From: a virus
Lineage: Duplodnaviria; Caudoviricetes
Virus record (IMG/VR): IMGVR_UViG_3300032280_000642
Span: 64,001 to 128,000 of that record
Strand: one strand, 5' to 3'
Length of the DNA stretch: 64,000 nt
In this document: in pieces, positions 58,730-64,000 of the stretch
How positions within the stretch are numbered: the stretch's first letter is position 1
Layout of the letters: each line of letters starts with the position of its first letter
Made by a program: the position numbers and the translations under genes
The notes under the pieces: model-generated
Database searches by the model: none
What the model was told of the DNA's origin: nothing
Seen by the model: only the letters and a program-made list of their open reading frames with translations

Positions 58730-58895
58730 TTTGAAGTCTGAGTTAGCTTGGTTAAAAATACAACTAAACTCACATTATGGTACAGAGAAGATCTCTACCT
58801 CTGGAACAATTAAACGAGTTTCAGTGATTAAGAAAAAACTTAAAAAAATAGAACAAAGAAAAAATAAAATACTACATTTAACAAATGGACGATAG
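58720..58895 (+). CDS. Small basic protein ending QRKNKILHL (start approximate)
   Basis: Overlaps both neighbours in the operon; the likely ATG is at 58722. Confidence 0.5.
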
Positions 58896-59202
58896 ATTTG
58901 AAATGGGAGACCAAGTTGTTTGTATAAAACAATATGATACATTAAAACCAGGTAGTCACTACACCATAAAAGGTTGTGGTGACTTATCCTGGAATATGGC
59001 TACGGATAAAAAAGGTTATGGTTTCTGTGTTGAAGATGATAGTTTTGCTTATGATATACCAAATTGGTGGAACTTACCATATGATCAAAGAATAAAGTTT
59101 CATTACTTTACATTAGAAGAAATGAATGAGTATTTTATAACAAAATCAGAGGATTATAAATCTTATGTAAGAGATAATAAATTAAAAGAATTAGGAATAT
59201 GA
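58885..59202 (+). CDS. Hypothetical protein ending VRDNKLKELGI
   Basis: SH3-like N-terminus FEMGDQVVCIK. Confidence 0.7.
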   Translation: MDDRFEMGDQVVCIKQYDTLKPGSHYTIKGCGDLSWNMATDKKGYGFCVEDDSFAYDIPNWWNLPYDQRIKFHYFTLEEMNEYFITKSEDYKSYVRDNKLKELGI

Positions 59203-59618
59203 TAGATAATTATAATTTTAAACCTGCATTATATTTTGATTGTACTTATGGAACTAACATACATACTTATTATAAATTTCCATTTGGATTAAACGCAGAT
59301 GAAGTTTACAATATACTAACACCATGTTGGAAAGAAAGTTTAGAAAAAACAAATCTAATTGAATCCTTAAATGATAGTCATTTCCCATTTGATATTAAAA
59401 ATCTTACTTTTGAACAAAAGTATCATATATTACAAGGAATGGCAGCAGGACTTCCAATAGATAATATTATTTATTTTTCCATTGATAGAATTTTAGCTTA
59501 TATGAATAATGATATAAAATCTGAAATGAAATACTTCTCATTAAAGACACAATGGGTAGTATCTCCAAAAACTTGGAATAGAATAAAAGAACAATTAAAA
59601 ATTGAAGAATTAGTATGA
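59199..59618 (+). CDS. Hypothetical protein
   Basis: ATGA-coupled on both sides. Confidence 0.7.
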   Translation: MIDNYNFKPALYFDCTYGTNIHTYYKFPFGLNADEVYNILTPCWKESLEKTNLIESLNDSHFPFDIKNLTFEQKYHILQGMAAGLPIDNIIYFSIDRILAYMNNDIKSEMKYFSLKTQWVVSPKTWNRIKEQLKIEELV

Positions 59619-60235
59619 TAGATATATTTGGAAATTTACCAATTGACTTAACGAAAATCACTTGTCATTCTGGTGGTGCAATTGGTAGTGATACTTATTT
59701 TGAAACCATCGGAGCTAACTATGGAGTAAAAACAAAAGCATATTCTTACAAGACAAAGTATCATACTACTGAAAACAAAGTAGAAATCAGTGATGATGAT
59801 TATGAAGAAGGAGTAAAAGCTATTCAATTAGCCAATCGTTCTTTAAATAGATATGGTATTCATAGATTTATGAATTTACTTGCAAGAAATTGGGCCCAAG
59901 TAAAGTATTCTGATGAAGTATTTGCGATAGGAACTATCGTACAACCTGGTAAAAAAGGTTCAAAAGGATTTTATAATAAGTCACAATTTGAAGTTGTTGA
60001 TGGCGGCACGGGCTACGCGGTTCAAATGGCGATAGATAATAGAAAAACAGTTTATGTTTTCGATCAAGATAAAGACAAATGGTTTAGATGGTCTTATACA
60101 TCTTTATCATTTAGAGAGTTGAAAGGTACTCCAGTTATTACAAGTGAAAACTTTGCAGGAATTGGAACAAGAGAGATAAAACCAAATGGTATTTTGGCAA
60201 TACAAGAAGTTTATAATTTAACATTTAGTAAATAA
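59615..60235 (+). CDS. SLOG-superfamily protein (circularly permuted YpsA-like)
   Basis: HSGGAIGSD, LLARN, GGTGYAV and FAGIGTR. Confidence 0.6.
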   Translation: MIDIFGNLPIDLTKITCHSGGAIGSDTYFETIGANYGVKTKAYSYKTKYHTTENKVEISDDDYEEGVKAIQLANRSLNRYGIHRFMNLLARNWAQVKYSDEVFAIGTIVQPGKKGSKGFYNKSQFEVVDGGTGYAVQMAIDNRKTVYVFDQDKDKWFRWSYTSLSFRELKGTPVITSENFAGIGTREIKPNGILAIQEVYNLTFSK

Positions 60236-60594
60236 TGGAGAGAGTAATAGTTGAAATGACATCCTTTATATTTGAAGATGGTAATACCTACTATTTTCAA
60301 ATCTTTAATAGACCGAGCACTAATGATTATCAAGATTTATATGTTTATGAAAAATCATCATATAAAACCTGGTATGGTGTCACAAAATATAAGTTTAATC
60401 AATTAAATGAACGTCCAGAATTGGTAGATTATAGACTAAGTACAAGTGAGATAAAACAAAGTATTAAAAAGATACTAACTTGTACAAAAGCTTCATATCT
60501 AATAAAAGATTGGGATGGTTTTGTTGGTAATATACCAGATCAAGTTAAAAAAGCACTAACAAGAGATAACAAGTTAAAAGATTTAGGAATATAA
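60235..60594 (+). CDS. Hypothetical protein ending TRDNKLKDLGI
   Basis: TAATG-coupled. Confidence 0.7.
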   Translation: MERVIVEMTSFIFEDGNTYYFQIFNRPSTNDYQDLYVYEKSSYKTWYGVTKYKFNQLNERPELVDYRLSTSEIKQSIKKILTCTKASYLIKDWDGFVGNIPDQVKKALTRDNKLKDLGI

Positions 60595-61025
60595 TGAAGA
60601 AATCTGCAGGAGTAATAATAATTTTAAATAACACTAAAATACTTCTTTCACACGCAACAGGTGCAAAGTGGACATCAACTTTCTCATTCCCTAAAGGTGG
60701 AATTGAGAAAGACGAAAAGAAGAAAGATGCTGCAATTAGAGAATTAGCAGAAGAAACTTCTATTGTTATTACTAAAGATCAAATTAGTAATCCAGATGAT
60801 GCTATTATTGTAAATTACATTGATAAATCTGGAGTAAATTATAAAAGACTATATTTATATACCGTTTATATAGAAGACATTTCTGAGATTGGTTTAGAAT
60901 CTGAAATTGTACCTATTGAAAATCTTCAAGCAGATGAATTAGATTGGTGTGGTTTTCTAACAAAAGAAGAAGCCAAAGACAAAATCTTTACTAGAGTTGA
61001 ACATTTGTTAGATCTAATCAACTAA
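60594..61025 (+). CDS. Nudix hydrolase
   Basis: Nudix box PKGGIEKDEKKKDAAIRELAEETS. Confidence 0.9.
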   Translation: MKKSAGVIIILNNTKILLSHATGAKWTSTFSFPKGGIEKDEKKKDAAIRELAEETSIVITKDQISNPDDAIIVNYIDKSGVNYKRLYLYTVYIEDISEIGLESEIVPIENLQADELDWCGFLTKEEAKDKIFTRVEHLLDLIN

Positions 61026-61061
61026 TATATACATTACTTCTATAATAAGAAAAAATTTTTT

Positions 61062-61391
61062 ATGGAAGAGATAAATTTAGACAATCCAATTTTTGCATTC
61101 TATCTAAACATTGATGGTATGTCTCGTCAGTCGGCTCAACAATCATTAGCGGAATTGAAAAGAGAGGTTACTTATACTAATATAACTTCTTGGATATTAC
61201 CTAGTAATGAAACTAAAGTAGATTGTGTTTATCCAGGTAAAAGTATGTATAATACACCTGAGCTAGAAAATCTGATAAAAGAAATAAATGAAAGAATTGA
61301 CTTATTAGCAGATTCTGAATCATTTGAAGATTTTAAGATAAATGTAAGAGATTGGAGAATAGGAAAGTTATTTAATGAGACCAATAAATAA
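61062..61391 (+). CDS. Hypothetical protein ending VRDWRIGKLF
   Basis: CAAC-N18-TATAA upstream. Confidence 0.65.
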   Translation: MEEINLDNPIFAFYLNIDGMSRQSAQQSLAELKREVTYTNITSWILPSNETKVDCVYPGKSMYNTPELENLIKEINERIDLLADSESFEDFKINVRDWRIGKLFNETNK

Positions 61392-61737
61392 AACATACGA
61401 GGGTAAACTTTTTAGATCGGAAATAAACATGGAAGAAACCATGTGGTGGGACTACTATGATTATTATGATTCTTACTATGATCAATTTGATGATTATGGT
61501 TATATCGATAAAGATTTAGAAAAAGAAATTTTAACCGAGGTTCTTTTAGGTCCCTGTACCAGAAAAAGAAAGTGGGCTTATTATGCTTATCGTATAGTAG
61601 ATATGGAATCATTCTATCCAAAGGCAGTTTTAAGAGAAAGAAAAATAAATGATTTACTAGGACTTCCAGGTGGAACTGGAAGAATTGAGAGACCAACACT
61701 TGGTGATTTAATTAAAAAAGATGTATATAAAAAATAA
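61375..61737 (+). CDS. Tyr/Asp-rich hypothetical protein with LRERKINDLLG motif
   Basis: Overlaps its operon neighbours. Confidence 0.6.
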   Translation: MRPINKTYEGKLFRSEINMEETMWWDYYDYYDSYYDQFDDYGYIDKDLEKEILTEVLLGPCTRKRKWAYYAYRIVDMESFYPKAVLRERKINDLLGLPGGTGRIERPTLGDLIKKDVYKK

Positions 61738-61741
61738 AAAT

Positions 61742-62191
61742 ATGAAATTAAAAAAATTTAATGAGCACTTTGAAAAGCAGACACTTGTTATCTCTGCATT
61801 TCCAGGTTGTGGAAAGTCTCACTTTTTTAGAGAAAATAAAGATAAAGAGGTTTTAGATTCGGATTCAAGTAAATTTGATAAGACCCATTTTCCACAAAAT
61901 TATATTGAGCATATAAAGTCTAACTTAGGTAAAGTAGATATAATCATGGTTTCTTCTCACAAGGAAGTTAGGGATGAATTAGTAAGAAACAGAATTCCTT
62001 TTACTTTAGTTTATCCAAGTCATGAAATTAAAAAAGAGTATATACAAAGATATATTGATAGAGGAAATACAAGTACATTTGTAGATTTACTAAATAAAAA
62101 TTGGGATTCTTGGATAAATGAGTTAGAAGCACAAGAAGGTTGTAATAAAATTGAACTTAAAGAAGGACAATATCTTTCTGATGTAATTTAA
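61742..62191 (+). CDS. P-loop kinase-like protein with MKLKKFNEHFE leader (start revised from 61721)
   Basis: ISAFPGCGKS Walker A, DSDSS, RYIDRGN. Confidence 0.7.
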   Translation: MKLKKFNEHFEKQTLVISAFPGCGKSHFFRENKDKEVLDSDSSKFDKTHFPQNYIEHIKSNLGKVDIIMVSSHKEVRDELVRNRIPFTLVYPSHEIKKEYIQRYIDRGNTSTFVDLLNKNWDSWINELEAQEGCNKIELKEGQYLSDVI

Positions 62192-62274
62192 TTATTTGTA
62201 CTTGGGTTGAATAGGTAAGGACTATTTTATAAACACACTCTGCATGGTGCAGAGTAGAACAAAATAAGAAAACT

Positions 62275-62388
62275 ATGTACTACGACGCAGAATTTTACTC
62301 AGCAGATCAAATGGAAGCTTTAGACGCAATGTATAGAGACTTTTTAGAATATGAACTAATGCAAGAAGAACTTAACGGAGAATGGTAG
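62275..62388 (+). CDS. 37-aa highly acidic peptide (not in ORF track)
   Basis: MYYDAEFYSADQMEALDAMYRDFLEYELMQEELNGEW; A-rich leader; overlaps the next start. Confidence 0.5.
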   Translation: MYYDAEFYSADQMEALDAMYRDFLEYELMQEELNGEW

Positions 62389-62972
62389 GATACACATACA
62401 CATCAATACCACTAGACTTTTCACCTTTAAGTGAAATGAGAAATCTAAAGATTAGAATGGTTACTGAAGATATAAAATTTGAGGTAGCAGATAATCTAAT
62501 TGATTTATATTCAAACTATCTAAACTTTATTATTGAACAATATCCAGATGCAATTATCTCTGGATCATTGGCTTTAGATTTATATGGTCTATTAAATAGA
62601 CCTATCTCTGATATAGATTTAATTGTGAATAAAAGACCTGCTGGTGTTTTACATAAAGATACTTATGGTGATGAAAATATAATGACTACTTCTGATAGAC
62701 TTGGTTATCAATATATTACCGAAAGTTTTAAATGGAGAAATATATTTAATAAACGAAAAACTTATCAGGTTGATTTCTTTTTAAATACTGGTAATGTAAA
62801 GTATAATACCTTTGCTTTTAAAGGTAGAAATGTAAAAATACAAGATCCTGTTCAAATTACCGAACAAAAGATAGCAATGGTTAATAATGCTGAGAATCAT
62901 ATGTTCACGGGTAAACAAAAACATAACCTGGATTTATTTGTAATCTTTAAACACTTTAATTGGGGTCTTTAA
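62382..62972 (+). CDS. Pol-beta-superfamily nucleotidyltransferase
   Basis: ISGSLALDLYG...RPISDIDL...QVDFF. Confidence 0.7.
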   Translation: MVGYTYTSIPLDFSPLSEMRNLKIRMVTEDIKFEVADNLIDLYSNYLNFIIEQYPDAIISGSLALDLYGLLNRPISDIDLIVNKRPAGVLHKDTYGDENIMTTSDRLGYQYITESFKWRNIFNKRKTYQVDFFLNTGNVKYNTFAFKGRNVKIQDPVQITEQKIAMVNNAENHMFTGKQKHNLDLFVIFKHFNWGL

Positions 62973-63018
62973 GGCGATTATATACTATATCATGATGTTG
63001 CATAAATATCCACCAAAA

Positions 63019-63050
63019 TTTGGTGGATTTATTTTTTTATTGTATATTTG
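63019..63050 (+). promoter_or_regulatory. Bacteroidota-type housekeeping (early) promoter
   Basis: TTTG-N20-TATATTTG, 4 nt before the ATG. Confidence 0.7.
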
Positions 63051-63054
63051 AGCT

Positions 63055-63693
63055 ATGAAAAAATACAACAAATATACCTATATTTTTCCTCCCAGACCTC
63101 GTAATGCCATAATGTCTAGTGATTTAGACTTCTGGGATAATAACACACTTTTAGCACAGCCCAAGTTGAATGGATCAAACTGCACCATTTACACTAATGG
63201 TGAAAAACACGTTGTAATGAATAGACACAATGGTAGACTTATAAACTTTAGACTTACTGATGAAGAGATAAAATCTATGTACCGTGGAAATGGTGAGTGG
63301 ATGGTAATCAATGGCGAATATATGAACAAATCAAAAAGTGATGAAAACCGTAAAGTTTTCAATCACAAGTTTGTTATATTCGATATTCTTGTTTTGAATG
63401 GTGATTCTTTAGTAGGAAAAACTTTTGAAGAAAGAGTTATATTACTTGACCAGTTGTATGGTACAAATAACTCTGATAAACCTTACTTATACGGTATCTC
63501 AGAAAACATCTATAGAGTGAAGTCTTATACATCAAACTTCTTAGAGTTGTATAATGATTTAGTAGAAATTGATATGATCGAAGGCTTGGTACTAAAGAGA
63601 AAGTCTGCTCGTTTAGAAGCAGGTACTTCTGAGTTGAACAATGTGAAATCTCAAATTAAATGTAGAAAGGCTACCAAAAATTATAGATACTAA
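63055..63693 (+). CDS. Minimal ATP-dependent ligase/nucleotidyltransferase core (no OB domain)
   Basis: QPKLNG (motif I Lys), NGEY, IFDIL, IEGLVLK and IKCR. Confidence 0.75.
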   Translation: MKKYNKYTYIFPPRPRNAIMSSDLDFWDNNTLLAQPKLNGSNCTIYTNGEKHVVMNRHNGRLINFRLTDEEIKSMYRGNGEWMVINGEYMNKSKSDENRKVFNHKFVIFDILVLNGDSLVGKTFEERVILLDQLYGTNNSDKPYLYGISENIYRVKSYTSNFLELYNDLVEIDMIEGLVLKRKSARLEAGTSELNNVKSQIKCRKATKNYRY

Positions 63694-63726
63694 AATTTAA
63701 TATATAAGAAAAACTAATATAATAAA

Positions 63727-64000
63727 GTGGATAAATTTAGTAACCTTAAACCAAAAGAAGAATTTAAAAAAGATAAAGAAGAACCAGTTTATCAAGATAA
63801 ACATATGTCAGTCATTAAATTTGAAGACTGGTCAGTCGTAAGACATAAAGATTATGTTGTTTGCATTCCTTACCTAATCGAGTCAAATCAAGTCGTTTTA
63901 AGATACGAATACATCCCAACATTCAAGTACACAGACGGGCAAGAATATCATCTTACATTAGTCGGTGGTGGCGTTGAAGAAGGCGAAGCACACGACTTAG
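63727..64000 (+). CDS. Nudix hydrolase (ADP-ribose pyrophosphatase-like), 3'-truncated
   Basis: GTG start after TAATATATA; VVCIPYL...VLRYEY...TLVGGGVEEGE, the beginning of the Nudix box. Confidence 0.65.
   Translation, partial: MDKFSNLKPKEEFKKDKEEPVYQDKHMSVIKFEDWSVVRHKDYVVCIPYLIESNQVVLRYEYIPTFKYTDGQEYHLTLVGGGVEEGEAHDL

Noticed and set aside
607-61699. Short antisense or alternate-frame ORFs in the track (e.g. 607..846, 1373..1627, 5324..5554, 6037..6405, 13170..13493, 22688..22975, 36202..36426, 38843..39142, 50686..50970, 54331..54546, 61412..61699)
   Set aside because: They are shadows of well-supported genes, with no motifs or promoter context.
1-64000. Cellular chromosome or eukaryotic giant virus origin
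   Set aside because: Baseplate genes, an endolysin, UvsX/gp41-type proteins and intrinsic terminators indicate a bacteriophage; there are no ribosomal or NCLDV core genes in the window.

Overview
AT-rich, gene-dense segment of a large lytic T4-related (Tevenvirinae-like or 'huge') myophage genome, most likely infecting a Bacteroidota host. The host inference rests on TTTG-N19/20-TAnnTTTG promoters, no Shine-Dalgarno sites, and Bacteroidota-type OMP, Hc1 and DUF6576-like genes. Structural and lysis genes: baseplate/tail (gp5-, gp53-, gp48/54- and gp26-like, tail-fibre-like) and three peptidoglycan hydrolases. Replication and recombination genes: the N-terminal half of a split PolB, DinG-like and gp41-like helicases, NrdA, UvsX, a RuvC-like resolvase and a DNA methyltransferase. 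Also present are four homing-endonuclease-type genes, an envelope cassette and a cluster of small nucleotide-handling enzymes. Highlights: (1) a Ro60/TROVE gene preceded by a separately promoted and terminated ~310-nt structured, internally repeated non-coding RNA (candidate novel Y-RNA-like array); (2) two mutually exclusive short linear motifs shared by many unrelated proteins, an N-terminal MKxLKxFxE leader (candidate capsid-targeting signal) on late genes and a C-terminal RxxK[LI]xx[LI] motif on early/middle genes; (3) three promoter classes readable from the sequence, with the late class usually exactly 4 nt before the ATG; (4) a mini-protein resembling the C-terminus of a T4-type major capsid protein. 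All product calls come from motif recognition by eye; no database searches were run.
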